NCBI GenBank assembly: GCA_965644295.1
Contig: CBFFRP010000428.1
Span: forward strand, 62,001 to 126,000
Length of the DNA stretch: 64,000 bases
Origin: Paraphysomonas bandaiensis
Taxonomy: Eukaryota; Protista; Chrysophyceae
Reading direction: 5' to 3'
The translations under genes were made by a program, and so were the position numbers. The number at the start of each line of letters is the position of its first letter. Position 1 is the stretch's first letter. Shown here piece after piece: positions 12,838-26,000 of the stretch. The notes below the pieces were generated by a model. It saw only the letters and a list, made by a program, of their open reading frames with translations. It searched no databases and was not told where the DNA came from.

Positions 12838-13407
12838 ATTTCTGAAGCTTAAATGTGTGCCTTTTTCATTACAAATAAAGTCCATGATACTGCGGAACAG
12901 TTAATTGGTGAGGGAATTTTTTACCAAGCATTCTATTATTGGCAACAGGTATAATTACAATTTATTACCTTCAGTTCTAGTGCCTTTTCGAGTAGCTTTT
13001 TGGACTACAACCTCATACCTAAGATGTCGATTTTCACACAAGGCGTCAACATTTCAAGGTGTCTAGATGTCCTTCGTTTGATAAAAACAGCCTGTACGAA
13101 CATTGGTAGTGCTATGTGCTATGAAAACTCTTCATGCGACAACATCGTGTTGACAGTTTAGTGTGTGTTTCCTTACACTTTTGTTATCGTCATGACCTCG
13201 CTTTGTGCTCATCATCCTCTTTCTCTTTATCGAATTCAGAAGAAGGCTCATTAATCCAGCGGAGCCCCGAGACTCTACAGATTCTGCGTCTCTATACCAC
13301 ACCATCCAGCTCACCCTCGGAGCACTGTCCTCCCATCTACATAACTTTGTTGGCCTTCCCTAAAGCTTTTCGTGGACCTCTGTCCCAAAGAGAGCCCCTC
13401 TGATTAA

Positions 13408-13530
13408 ACGCACCTTGATGCTTGCGGTGATGCACAAGCAGCTTTCGTAGCGTTAAATATAGTAGGATATCAAATTTAATCACTAGATAGTTAAATTGTG
13501 ATGCTAAATTAGTACTGACTCTTAAATAAA
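13408..13530 (+). repeat. Fragment sharing the tail of the SINE-like family
   Basis: GCACCTTGATGCTTGCGGTGATGCACAAGCAGCTTTCGTAGCGTTAAA matches the reverse complement of about 6975-7023. Confidence 0.7.
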
Positions 13531-13949
13531 TCCTATTCACTATGCACCTTCTTCTAAGGTCCATTAATCAAAAAGTGTTGTGTTTTTTCAGAGCAATTCA
13601 GTTCTTCTTAAAATATGCATGTAAAATTTGTTCATATGGTTCCATGCTGGTGAATAAATAATAATCAGTATTGCTACATGATACTGTTCCATTATTGTTG
13701 TACTCACACACTAAAATGCTCGTCTATATATATAAGTGTATTCTTGCACAGTGCATTGGCGATAGTGGCCTCCAACGTATACACAACATCATTCACACTA
13801 CTACACTACTTGAATATTTTGAAGCCTTTAAATATTTGTAATCCGCTTATGTTATGTGTCACGATGATCGTTATGGAGGTGCTTAATCTTTTCTTTTCAA
13901 ACGAGCTTTGACATGTATTTACTCTTGTCTGTTGAGCTTAAAGTATAAG

Positions 13950-14070
13950 AGAGATATTATTCAACCTAGTCAATTTGACTGAATTTCCTAATCATACTAT
14001 TTTCGGTGTAAAAACCTAGTCAAAGCAATAAATGACTCATTCTAGCCTATTATAGTATTAAACCTAGTCG
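13950..14070. repeat. Fragment of the AACCTAGTCA MITE family
   Basis: TATTATTCAACCTAGTCAATTTG and repeated AACCTAGTC match the left arm of 61501-61876. Confidence 0.7.
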
Positions 14071-14450
14071 TTCTGATATCCATTGATTACACATTGTGAC
14101 TATGATACGCGCACACACCACACAACATATAATCTGGCCCTTATAATGTTGTACAAATATGATTAATAATTATAAAATAACTGTGCACAGCGCACACACA
14201 TCCAAGTTCTACTATGCTAATAGATAATGCGTTTGCACCTATGATCAATAGCTGTACAGATAAGTCAGCCAATTGGCTGTACAGTTTATTGCAATATATT
14301 GGCAACATTTACCAATAATAATAATGCAATTATGATCATTTGAAAACAAACTAATTTAAAACATGCTACGTATTGTTGTTTCATTGTAAACTGAGAAAAG
14401 TACTATTAACTACTTGGGATCATTATAACATTAATACAATACACAGTACA

Positions 14451-15383
14451 CTAAGTATCCTTTTCTCCTGTACATTTGCATGCCTCAATCTTATTTCTAA
14501 CATCTACCAATCGCTTCCACAACACAGCTACTATATCATCATCCATATATGGCTGTACGTCTTCATATGCAATGTCCAGCCGGTCCCTATTGAATGCAAC
14601 CTGCGAATCTGATATGAGTGTCGAATCTTTCCCGTCTCCTGTAGACTCATGACTGCTTCGTTCATTTACAACGGGGGAATTCGATTTCCCCTGAAGCAGA
14701 GGAGTCAAACGTGGCCGGGACAGCGCAGCTGATACAAACGGTGATGAGGCTGCAGAAGAGACGGGGGAAATGAACAGAGAAGCTGATGATTTATTACCCC
14801 CCCCTTCGTCATCCTCAGCGGTGGCTACACTTTCAAAAGAGACTCCCACACTCGTTGCTTCGTTAACAGCTTGATCTTCAACGGAAGTGACACTGCTGGG
14901 TTCGCGCCCTTTAGCTGCATCAACTGACACCCATGGAGCTTCCAGGTCCTCCGCTACCTCTATACGAGACTCATCGTCACATCTGTTTAACAGCGAGTCA
15001 CAAAGCCGCAAAAGATCATTCGTCCGCCTATCAAGCTCGTTATCATCCACAACATCATCTCTAGCTATTTCATCTCCATCATCCTTGTAAAGGAGTGTGT
15101 CGGATATATCATCAGGTGGCAGACTGCTGCTTCTGCTTCTATTGCTACTACTGCTCTGTACAGAGGGGTCCTCATCACTCTCATACTCATCTAAACGCAG
15201 CCTCCGCCGATGTCCTGGATCCCTCTCTCTATCTTCACCCGCACCCGCATTAGCATCAGCATCCGCGTGCCACCAGAAGGATGCAGGAGGGGGCTGTCGG
15301 GCGTGTACGGGGGCCGGGGGCTGCTCACGAAACCTGCGAATGAAAGCCCCAATAACAGAAGAGGAGACAGAGGGATCATCCAT
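14451..15383 (-). CDS. Pro/Ser-rich protein, PROSER3-like
   Basis: N-terminal SVIGAFIRRFREQPP...SFWW and C-terminal YMDDDIVAVLWKRLVDVRNKI resemble, from memory, the two conserved PROSER3 blocks; disordered middle; single 310-aa ORF. Confidence 0.6.
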   Translation of the reverse strand: MDDPSVSSSVIGAFIRRFREQPPAPVHARQPPPASFWWHADADANAGAGEDRERDPGHRRRLRLDEYESDEDPSVQSSSSNRSRSSSLPPDDISDTLLYKDDGDEIARDDVVDDNELDRRTNDLLRLCDSLLNRCDDESRIEVAEDLEAPWVSVDAAKGREPSSVTSVEDQAVNEATSVGVSFESVATAEDDEGGGNKSSASLFISPVSSAASSPFVSAALSRPRLTPLLQGKSNSPVVNERSSHESTGDGKDSTLISDSQVAFNRDRLDIAYEDVQPYMDDDIVAVLWKRLVDVRNKIEACKCTGEKDT

Positions 15384-15608
15384 TGCACTACATCAACATC
15401 AACAACAGAGATGACCGGGATGCGAACAGATGTGACTTGAAGTGTATGTTAAGAAGACTGTTACAAATATCATATAACACTATATGCATGCATGCATGTA
15501 TGTGTGTATGTATGTATGTATGTATGTATGTATGTATGTATGTATGTATGTATGTATGTATGTATGTATGTATGTATGTATGTATGTATGTATGTATGTA
15601 TGTATGTA

Positions 15609-17183
15609 CAGGGTCGGTCAAAAATAAAACAACCACGGTTTTTTCGCGTTTTTTCAACACATGTCAAAAATCAGAGTAAACTCAAATAATAAAAAATGTA
15701 GAGCTTTTCAAGATACGTATTTTGATATATGATGTTGTATATGTAATTTTTGCTCCTTCGTGAGATAAAGAGGCACCCTGGGTTTTCGCATTGACTCTAA
15801 AAACCCCTGTGTCATATTAAAATCTTATTACCACTTAAATGGAAGCGTTTAGACGCTATTACTTATAGTGAACTATTAAATACATTGTATGCACTACAGT
15901 TTGCTTCAGTTAGGATTGGATTTGGTTAATGGTACGTGTAGAACGGAGAGGCCGAAAGAAGCGAACTCCACGAAGGCATTATCACATGAATAGTGCTGAC
16001 AAGACACAGCTACTCGCACTTCGACATGCCGGACTTACTTTTCGTGATATTGGGAAGCGGATGAAGCTAAATTCCGGCAATTTATGCAGAGTTTACAACA
16101 AAATATTCTCGACGAAAAGTTTCGACCGCACTCCTGGCTCCGGTAGAAAGTGAAAAACAACTGAAAGAGACGATGCATTGAATGTCAGAGAAGTATAGAA
16201 GAATCGTACGGTAAGTGGACCACACCTTAAAACTCTTTTTCCTTAACTTAAGGTATCAGAACGGACGTTAGACGCCGTATTAACAGTTGCTCCTACTTCC
16301 AATCGGAATGGGCCACAAGAAAGCCCTTTGTTAGCGAACGCAACAGGATTAGGAGATTGGAATGGGCGAGAGCTCACCTCAATTGGACTGTTGAACAGTG
16401 GAGAAAAGTTATTTGGTCGGACGAGTCCCCTTTTGTTGTTCGCTATCGCCGAAAGTAGCGTTGCTGGAGAGCTGTTGGCGATAGATATGATCCGGCCTGT
16501 ACTACAGCGACAGTGAAGCATGACGATAAAATAATGGTTTGGGGGTGTTTCTGTGCTCATGGCATAGGAGATTTGTACCGTGTGGAGGGAATTTTAAGGA
16601 AGGAACAGTACCTATACATCGTTGAAAACCACTTCTATACAGTGCAGAGCGACTATACCCTGATTTCGACTGTATTTTCCAAGAAGATAACGATCCGAAA
16701 CACACCGCGAGAATTGTACGGCAATGGTATGATGACCAAGATCTTATCCGTATGGATTGGCCCGCTCAATCTCCTGATTTGAACCTGATAGAGGATCTGT
16801 GGGCAATACTAGATCATCGCATGAAAGACCGATCTTCCAACGACCTAAACGAGCTTTTTCAGCTGCTACTGAAGACATGGAATGAACTCCCAGTTAGCTT
16901 ATTGTCTGATCTAGTAGATAGCATGCCTAGAAGGTGCCAAGCTGTGATAGATGCGAAAGGATATGCCATTAAGTATTAAGTGTGGGGTTTTTATAAGAAG
17001 CCTAAAAATCAAGGTTTTGACACTTTAATTAAGAAAATTTTCACCAATTTTTAAGCTGAATAGCTCATTAGAAAGCCCTAAAAAAACTATACATTTCCTA
17101 TTATTAGAGTAATATCCAGTTTTTACATTTGCTTAAGTGAAATTCTCGAAAAACCGTTGTTGTTTTCTTTTTGACCGACCCTG
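15609..17183 (+). mobile_element. Tc1/mariner DNA transposon, 1575 bp, about 37-bp imperfect TIRs, TA TSD
   Basis: TA|CAGGGTCGGTCAAAAATAAAACAACCACGG ... CCGTTGTTGTTTTCTTTTTGACCGACCCTG|TA. Confidence 0.95.
15929..16979 (+). pseudogene. Tc1 transposase (DD34E) with stops and frameshifts
   Basis: HTH-like N-terminus ending in GRK, then WSDES, MVWGCF, FQEDNDPKH and WPAQSPDLNLIE; 34 residues counted between the second D and E; several in-frame stops. Confidence 0.92.
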
Positions 17184-17880
17184 TATGTATGTATGTATGT
17201 ATGTATGTATGTATGTATGTATGTATGTATGTATGTATGTATGTATGTATGTATGTATGTATGTATGTATGTATGTATGTATGTATGTATGTATGTATGT
17301 ATGTATGTATGTATGTATGTATGTGTATGTATGTATGTATGTATGTATGTATGTATGTATGTATGTATGTATGTATGTATGTATGTATGTATGTATGTAT
17401 GTATGTATGTATGTATGTATGTATGTATGTATGTATGTATGTATGTATGTATGTATGTATGTATGTATGTATGTATGTATGTATGTATGTATGTATGTAT
17501 GTATGTATGTATGTATGTATGTATGTATGTATGTATGTATGTATGTGTATGTATGTATGTATGCATGTATGTATGTATGTATGTATGTATGTATGTATGT
17601 ATGTATGTATGTATGTATGTATGTATGTATGTATGTATGTATGTATGTATGTATGTATGTATGTATGTATGTATGTATGTATGTATGTATGTATGTATGT
17701 ATGTATGTATGTATGTATGTATGTATGTATGTATGTATGTATGTATGTATGTATGTATGTATGTATGTATGTATGTATGTATGTATGATGAGGATTATTC
17801 CTATAGATGCATGATAGTGTCACGGGGATTGCAGTGTATATATTTAATCTCTGTCGTTTATCGTATCTGTTACCAGTGCA

Positions 17881-20657
17881 ATGTCTGTGGTCAGTAGACT
17901 GTCTCGTATATCTTCAGAGGATGTCTCGGATCAGATCAGCAGCTACAGGTGTCTTATAGAGGAAATAGTGACCTCCCCGTCATCATCTTCCTCTGTATCG
18001 GACGGCATCATCGCTGTTATCAGCCATGGTAAGCACTATACATGTGATGGTCGATCTTAAGGTGTTGTAGTTCTGGGAGATGTGCAGAGACCTGTGGGTG
18101 GATCGGTGAGTTATACACATACCATACCCCTATATACACATACCATACCCCTATATACACATACCATACCCCTATATACACATACCATACCCCTATATAC
18201 ACATACCATACCCCTATATACACATACCATACCCCTATATACACATACCATACCCCTATATACACATACCATACCCCTATATACACATACCATACCCCTA
18301 TATACACATACCATACCCCTATATACACATACCATACCCCTATATACACATACCATACCCCTATATACACATACCATACCCCTATATACACATACCATAC
18401 CCCTATATACACATACCATACCCCTATATACACATACCATACCCCTATATACACATACCATACCCCTATATACACATAGGATACCCCTATATACACATAC
18501 GATACCCCTATATACACATACCATACCCCTATATACACATACCATACCCCTATATACACATACGATACCCCTATATACACATACCATACCCCTATATACA
18601 CATACCATACCCCTATATACACATACCATACCTCTATATACACATACCATACCCCTATATACACATACCATACCCCTATATACACATAGGATACCCCTAT
18701 ATACACATACCATACCCCTATATACACATACCATACATCTATATACACATACCATACATCTATATACACATACCATACCCCTATATACACATACCACACC
18801 CCTATAAACGCATACCATACCCCTATATACACATACCATACATCTATATACACATACCATACCCCTATATACACATACCATACCCCTATATACACATACC
18901 ACACCCCTATAAACGCATACCATACCCCTATATACACATACCATACATCTATATACACATACCATACCCCTATATACACATATCATACATCTGTATACAC
19001 ATACCATACATCTGTACACATACCATACCTCTATATACACATACCATACCCCTATACACGTGCCATATCCCTCCATACACTGTACCCCTCTGTGCACATA
19101 CTTTATCCAGAACTGTCCTACACACACACCATACCCTTCTATGCACTTACCTTTTCCCTTAGCCCATATATCATATCCCTCTATACACGTACTATATTCC
19201 CATACTGCCATATACACATACCATACCCCTCAATACACATTGCACATATAGATATTGTATAGTGCGCATGTCATTTCCCGTTTTTAGTGTATGTGTATAT
19301 CAATATTGATCTGTGTAGGTTATGTTGTATATTGCTGAGAATCTACATCGGCTATCTGATGATGCTCTTGTGTCTGTTGGCACTGCCGCTGTTTCCGCGT
19401 TAAAGCAAAATGCTAATTCTTATGACGAAGCGGTACACCTATTCTTCTCACTGCACATGTATTGATAATCATGGGCAGGATTACGTATTGCGTGAAGCGT
19501 TATTTAGTTTTTACATCAAACAGGAAATGGTGAGACGAAATGTACAAGTATTCCTTTACCATTCTGACTTATGGTTTAGTTCTCAGATGCAGGCCAAGTA
19601 CTTGCAGGCCTTAACCTTGACAGTAATCAAAAAACCTACACGAACGAGGAAAAGGTTGACATCTACATCCGATGTGCAGAGGCCTTTCTTGAGGTGGTAC
19701 ATTTCAATCTATGAGTAGATTTCTTGATACATACGCAGGATGGTGAGGGTAATGAGGCGGAGATATTTTTGAATAAGGCATCACCAATGATGCACTCAGT
19801 TTCAGAGTGGTCGCTGCAGTTACGATTTAGTGTTACCTTGGCACGTGTTCTTGACTTCAATAGAAAGTTCATTGATGCCGCGCTACGGTACTATGATCTA
19901 AGTACCACCCAGAACCGCCAAGTGGTTCAGAGTGACCTCCTTGAACTCTACGGCAAAGCCATTACATGTGCAGTACTGGGCCGCGCTGGTCCTCAGCGCA
20001 CCCGTATCCTAGCAGTGCTACATAAAGATGAGCGATACGAACAGCTGGATCGGACAGAATCTCTTACTTCTCACGGAGCTATCCTTTCCAAAATGCACAA
20101 CAACGAAATTGTACGTCCAGAAGAAATGTCAGCCTTCGAAAAATACCTGATGCCTCATCAGCTAGCGGTAAGCTTAGCGCCTTCAATTCAGCCTTAGCAG
20201 CTCTTATATGTATACTTAGACTACAGCCGATGGATTTACCCTTCCTGAGAAAGCTGTGATAGAGCACAATGTACTCGCTGCACGCAGAGTGTTCCGCAAT
20301 ATGTATTTCACTGCATTAGCTCAGTTGCTGCGGCTGGATGTGAGTATGGCGCAGAAGGTAGCATCCAAAATGATATCAGAGGGACGACTGAAAGCCTGGA
20401 TGGATGAAACAGGTGACGTTGTATTTCACCCTGGCGTTAGTGTTCTTATCCTCTCTGTTTATATGCAGAGGGGTTATTGTACTTCGATAACGGTGAGGGG
20501 ACGGAATTTCAGGAGTGGAATGAAAGCATTCGTGACACTTGTGATGAGGTACTGCTCACAGATGCTTATTACTGCAATGTTTCTCATATGACTTTTATAG
20601 CTCACCTACTGCGTCGACAAAATACAATCTCAGGGACTGGGGGTGGACATAGCATAG
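17881..20657 (+). CDS. CSN4: COP9 signalosome subunit 4, multi-exon
   Basis: ARVLDFNRKFIDAALRYYDLS, CAVLGRAGPQRTRILAVLHKDER, LMPHQLA|TTADGFTLPEKAVIEHNVLAA and ASKMISEGRLKA (PCI domain). Confidence 0.93.
18111..19100. repeat. 21-bp minisatellite (ATACCCCTATATACACATACC)n inside CSN4 intron 2
   Basis: More than 40 tandem units between the GTGAGT donor (about 18107) and the TGTAG acceptor (about 19318). Confidence 0.97.
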
Positions 20658-21869
20658 ATAGATTGTCGAACATAGTTATGTGGATTCATATGGGAGAGAT
20701 AATACAGTAAACATCTTGGTCTTTCAGTTTAGATATATATCATGTAGTTTTCGGTTTGCTGAAGTATAATTCCCACTACTGATAAAATATTGATTTAAAT
20801 TGCTTTCTTTATGTAAACGCTGCAGATTGTTTGTATACACGTAGTACAAAATACTATGTGTGCACTCAATTAATAAATAATGACAAATAGCACCACCGTT
20901 GTTACTTACTTATGTTGGAATACTTATGTTTCTCTAAGATAGTACTGTAGAATACGTTAAATACAATGTGAAAACAGTAATACGGAATCAGAAAGACACT
21001 AGATAGCTATAACTGTGAAACTGAAGTATTGTATCATGACGATTCAAGATACGGAAGTTGAGCAGTGGTTGGCATGAACGAAATAAATTATCATATTATC
21101 ATGTTTGTGACATGTTTTACATTGACAGGGACAGTACACGAATTCTAATATTGAACATGATAAGCGTTCTTTGCTGCAGGTAATTATCGGAATTGCTCGA
21201 TATTTTATTGCCAGTATCTTCTTCAATAAAAAATGGTCGTTTTTCCAAGGAACTTGGAAGATCTGATGATGTATCTGGAGTTCTGTCAACGACCTCGTTG
21301 ATCAAGTCTTCTTCTGCAGACTCTGACAACTGACTGGGGGACTCTATGAGTATTACGCTATAACTATAATATGATATAAGCTATAAGCTACACTCCTTCA
21401 AGTAGCTTGTAATAATGTATACTTCTTATTGATGTTGGAATGTGTGTTTAGATGCTCTCCGAGCCAGTAATATTTCCTATGGTGGGGAGCAAGTATCCTG
21501 GACAGGCAGAATCTTTCGGCTGAGATTTATCAAACTAGCTGCGGTTTGGTTTCGTAAAACTAATCATTTCAGTATGTTGTTTTGTGTGTGAGGTCGCTGC
21601 ATGTTGTTGTCATAGTATCTGTGCATTGTAATTGATATAAATATAAGTGACATTGATAACCACCCAGACGGCAACATCTCATGACGATTGGTTCGAAAGG
21701 AACTTGAAGAAATATATAGATATTCTGCTCAGAAAACGAAGAAGAGATTATTTCTGTTTATGCTACTTGAGCGGTGAAGTCCTGTCTATATGCAACTATG
21801 AAATATCGCTTTTTCTGTACTCTAACTTTGATTTGACCTGATGATGTATGCTGCGTTGGTTTCACTTTA

Positions 21870-22491
21870 TATTGAAAGTCTTATTATTAGCAAAAGACGC
21901 TAAAAACCTGCACCAATTTAGTAGCTAGAGATGAAGGCTAGACAAACTAGTTATAGACCTCTACCTGTAACTAATCAGTACACACTTTTTTATCCTACTA
22001 TTTAACGCCACGGAAGCTGCTTGTGCGACTACTTCCACACTGAGTTCTTAAGGTGAACATCCCGGATGCTTGACTTCAGCAGGCAGCCCAATACCCCAGT
22101 TACCCTTCAGGTGAGTACTGTCCCCGATGCCCTTGAGGTGGGCCTATTTCCAGATGCCTGTTTATTTGTCAGGGCCCAAATACGTCTACACAAGTGACAC
22201 TTATTAGTGTCCCTTGTACCACACAAGCTTCGGCTATGAGTGGGCAGAAGAATCAGGGCCTGGTAACCATTAATGGCTCATTAATGGTAGTCCAGTTCCC
22301 GGCAACTATAATGGCATTAATTAAAAATGTCCCAGTAATTATAATGGCATTACCATTAATGGTTACCAGGCCCTGAGAAGAATATCTGCTGACTATGTTT
22401 GCGGCTCACGTTAGTTTCCCAGAGAGAATCTATCTGGTACGTATCCCCCAGAACACCACGAAAAGGTGCGAGTCTGACTTTGTTGAGGGTC
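21870..22491 (-). mobile_element. SINE-like element, copy B, 11-bp TSD GTTTCACTTTA, inserted into an AACCTAGTCA-family MITE
   Basis: TSD at 21859-21869 and 22492-22502; the uninterrupted target sequence is present in reverse at about 61665-61710. Confidence 0.88.
22254..22375. mobile_element. hAT-type MITE, 122 bp, 23-bp perfect TIR, 8-bp TSD AGAAGAAT
   Basis: AGAAGAAT|CAGGGCCTGGTAACCATTAATGG...CCATTAATGGTTACCAGGCCCTG|AGAAGAAT; absent from copy A of the host element. Confidence 0.92.
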
Positions 22492-22678
22492 GTTTCACTT
22501 TACCTGCTGTGTGACTTCATCGTCCTGTAATGCGAGTACAGTTTACAGTTTACGACTAGGTTTATAACTAAAAATGACTAGGTTGAATTATTTATTACTT
22601 TGACTGTAGGTTATTCCACCAAAAATAATGCGACTAGGTAATTCAACCAATTTGACTTGCTTGAAAAATATTTCCCAA
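22492..22678. repeat. Partial AACCTAGTCA MITE (host of SINE-like copy B)
   Basis: Reverse-complement match to 61501-61700. Confidence 0.75.
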
Positions 22679-23057
22679 TATTATTTTATCTGGCCCTGAA
22701 TGTTGCCACTTTCACATTTCTATAAAATTACAATAAAGTAGCTGTCAAGTGTTTATAACGAATAGTTTATAGAATATGTGTTGGTCTGTGCTTGTATAAA
22801 TATCTAGGAACAGGGAAGTATGACAAAAAAAGCTAACTTAACGCGGTAATCTCAATAGTATCATGACATCACCAATTCCAATCACGGCGGATACCACACA
22901 TACGTTCGTATATTGGATACAAATTTTCATTGAGGATTAAACATCGTCCAATGACACTCATCTCGACTACGCTAAAACAATGACCCCACTACACAGGCCA
23001 CAATACAATATGCTCGCACGATTGACTACATAGCGCCTCCGTATATATGTCTATGAC

Positions 23058-26000
23058 CTAACCAAAAACGGGAAGGTTAATTTTAGTTCTTTTCTCTACA
23101 CTCTTCCCCTGTGCCTTCGATACAATACGGGTGATTTCTTCTGTGTTTGAATTTCTTGGCATCTCATTGCACAGGTCCAAAGCCGTTTTCCCAGACTTAT
23201 CTTTGATATCGAGAGCAGCTCCGCAATATTTAACTAGATACCTCACAATCAGGACTCGTTCGGATGCAATGGCGCAATGAAGACTCGTTTTCCCTTCATT
23301 GTTCACTCTGTTAACATCAGACCCAACACCTTCAACGAGCAACTGAGCAATTGCCAAGTGACCACTGACGCAGGCAACATGCAAGAGGGAATCCCCAGTA
23401 TCTCCATCACTAATTTTATTGACATCGACCTTTATATTTGGAGTGATGCCAAGAAAGTTTTCCAGCTCTGCTACTTTAGAATCAAGTTTAACCCAGTCAA
23501 AGAGTACAGATTCATCTTGCTTGGCAGCAGCAATTGTAGTAGCAGGAACTGGATTACTATCAGCTGATTCTTCGTCAGAACTCTGGGAATCGTTTTCTAC
23601 TGCTGCTCTGATGACCTCTCGAGCATCGTTTTCTCCTTTGTACTTCGGTACGTCGTCCTCGCTGGGCTTAATCCAGTTATCCTTGTCGATACTCAGCCGT
23701 TTCACCGGGGGCTTCTCTGTTGGCTGACCAACACCCGACTTGACCGGTTCAGAAGCCGCCCCCGCACTATGAGACTGAAATCCGTGGCAATCCCAGCGCT
23801 TCCCGGGGACGTCAACTTGTTCCTTCGCCTTCATTTTACTAAGAGAGCGCTCCCTAGAAGCCGCGAGTTTAGCTTCGTCTGCTGGCTTAGGAGGTAAAAA
23901 TGTTGGGTTGGTAGGTGGAACGTATGGCTTGTTCTTAAACCTCGACGGAGAACTAGAGCACTTAGGGGCAGGTTCTGGAGTTGCCTGAGACGCTTCCTCA
24001 TTCACTGAGCGACCGCTTTTTCGCAAGGAAACACCAGCCCATGGCGCAACCGAAGGGGATTCTGATTGATCATTCCGACTAGATGACGGTCCTTGAATGT
24101 GCACACTACTGCCCGTCACCAGAAACGAGACCACCGCGTCATCCACTACTTTGTCAGGGGTAAGACCATTTGTGTCACGGGCAGAAGTATTCACGCGTTC
24201 CTCCTGAACTAGGTGCTTGATAACAGCGTATTGGTGATTCGCACACGCCCAGTGCAAACACGTGTAGCCGTTGGTACCACTGTGAGTCGTCAAGTCAGGA
24301 CGCAAACCGTCCGCTAAGGACAGAATTTCTTTCACCAGAGAAAGGTGCCCACCATCACATGCAATGTCCAAAGAGGTTCTACCCCTACTGTCAGTAAGAG
24401 AGAGATCAGCGCCAGGGGCTCTGGTCAATGCTTTCACAACTTCCACGTGATTTTCCATGCAAGCCACATGCAAGGCCGATAGACCTGAAAACAATATCAC
24501 ATACATAACACATTTAATACACACAGTCGTACCACAACTTTCTGTCTTCCACAGCGCTTCATGCGGCATAACTTCCACAAGATAAGTTACCAACTCGATA
24601 TGATTATTCTGCGCTGCAAGGTGCAGACAGGTGCGCCCATCTCTGGTGGTCACGGATGCATCCGCGTGCTTATTATCCAAGATAAACTTCACTATATGGA
24701 TCATGCCTTTTTGACAGGCTATATGAACAGGAAGGAGTCCAGAGTTATTTGTAACCGAAAGTTGGGTAGCCGGGTAGAGCTCATATAGTAAAAACACCAG
24801 AGAAAGATTCCCAGTCTCGCAGGCGCCATGCATGAGAGTATTACCAGCTTTGTCAGTCCCAGTATCTGCCTTTATCCCCTGTTGTTCCATACGTCGGACA
24901 ACCTCCTGGGTTGGTTGCATTTTCGCCCACTCAATAAATGCACCATCTGCTGGGAGTGTACCTTCTCTCTTAGATGGAGGAATGTTGAGAGGCTGCCCCG
25001 ACATATAATAAGGTTCACTGTGAGGAATCTGGTAATGACTGGAAGTTTCCTCCAGCTGGGCATGAACAACGGGATTAGACGAAGGGGGTTTCCATCTCTG
25101 CTCCGTCGCTTGGGGGTCATACGGGGCACGTTCTGTGGGTTCTGCGTAACCGTGATCGTTAGCTGACGGAGGTTTCCATCTCTGCTCCGTCGCTTGGGGG
25201 TCATACGGGGCACGCTCTGTGGGTTCTGCGTAACTGTGATCGCTAGCTGACGGAGGTTTCCATCTCTGCTCCGTCGCTTGGGGGTCATACGGGGCACGCT
25301 CTGTGGGTTCTGCGTAAACGTGATCGTTAGCTGACGGAGGTTTCCATCTTTGCTCTGCTGCTTGGGGATCATAGGGAGCATGTTCTGCGGGCTCTGCATA
25401 ACCGTGACCGTTGGTACGCATGGAATAATCGGCGCCATCGGCAGCGGCGGCAGCTGCAAGAGCCGTGCTCGAGAGGCCGTGATGTTGTGGTGAGTCTGCC
25501 TGGCTCTTGTGATGGGTAGATCCAACAGACCCCGCGTCTGAACGACCTGAAGTTACTGGGGCGTCATAATCCGTAAACTCCTGGAATGCCTGCACAGCAG
25601 CAGGGGGAGTCCACTTGTATCCTGGCTGCCCAGGGAAGGGACCGGAAGACCGAGGCTTCACAGGTTGTTGTTGTTGACGATACTGCTGATCAGGAGGAGC
25701 CCAGGAGCGAGAGGGAACTACAAACCCAGCAGTTTCACGTGGCTCTGGGTTGTAGCTATCTCTCTCATAGTGTTGATCATCACTTAAATGCTGTTGGCCG
25801 CATTCTGTCTCGTCGTAGTGGGGTCTCGGGTTCGTGTCGTAAGTCGTGACACCATCATTATGTTGGTAGTCATACTGTTGGGTTGCTTCGTAGTTATATT
25901 CAGGTGAGCGGTGGTACTCATTCTTATCACTCTGATACGGGTAATCATCGGAGGTATTGTGAGTGTGTTCGGATTGGTCGTATTGATCATGTGAGTGACG

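Larger units (their letters stand above)
15490..17787. repeat. (TATG)n array split by a Tc1 insertion (about 15490-15608 and 17184-17787)
   Basis: Directly visible on both sides of the transposon. Confidence 0.97.

Noticed and set aside
18111-19100. Telomere-like CCCTA motif
   Set aside because: The unit is 21 bp, intronic, and not (CCCTAA)n or (CCCTAAA)n.
18020-19217. ORFs with 7-aa repeats (VYIGVWY / HTIPLYT)
   Set aside because: Translations of an intronic 21-bp minisatellite.
21040-21500. Short minus-strand ORFs between CSN4 and the ankyrin gene
   Set aside because: No recognisable motif or consistent splice structure; possibly a decayed repeat.
22055-22100. CTGAAGTCAAGCA (minus strand) resembling 5S rRNA box A
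   Set aside because: Too short and internal to the element; the rest of 5S is not recognisable.
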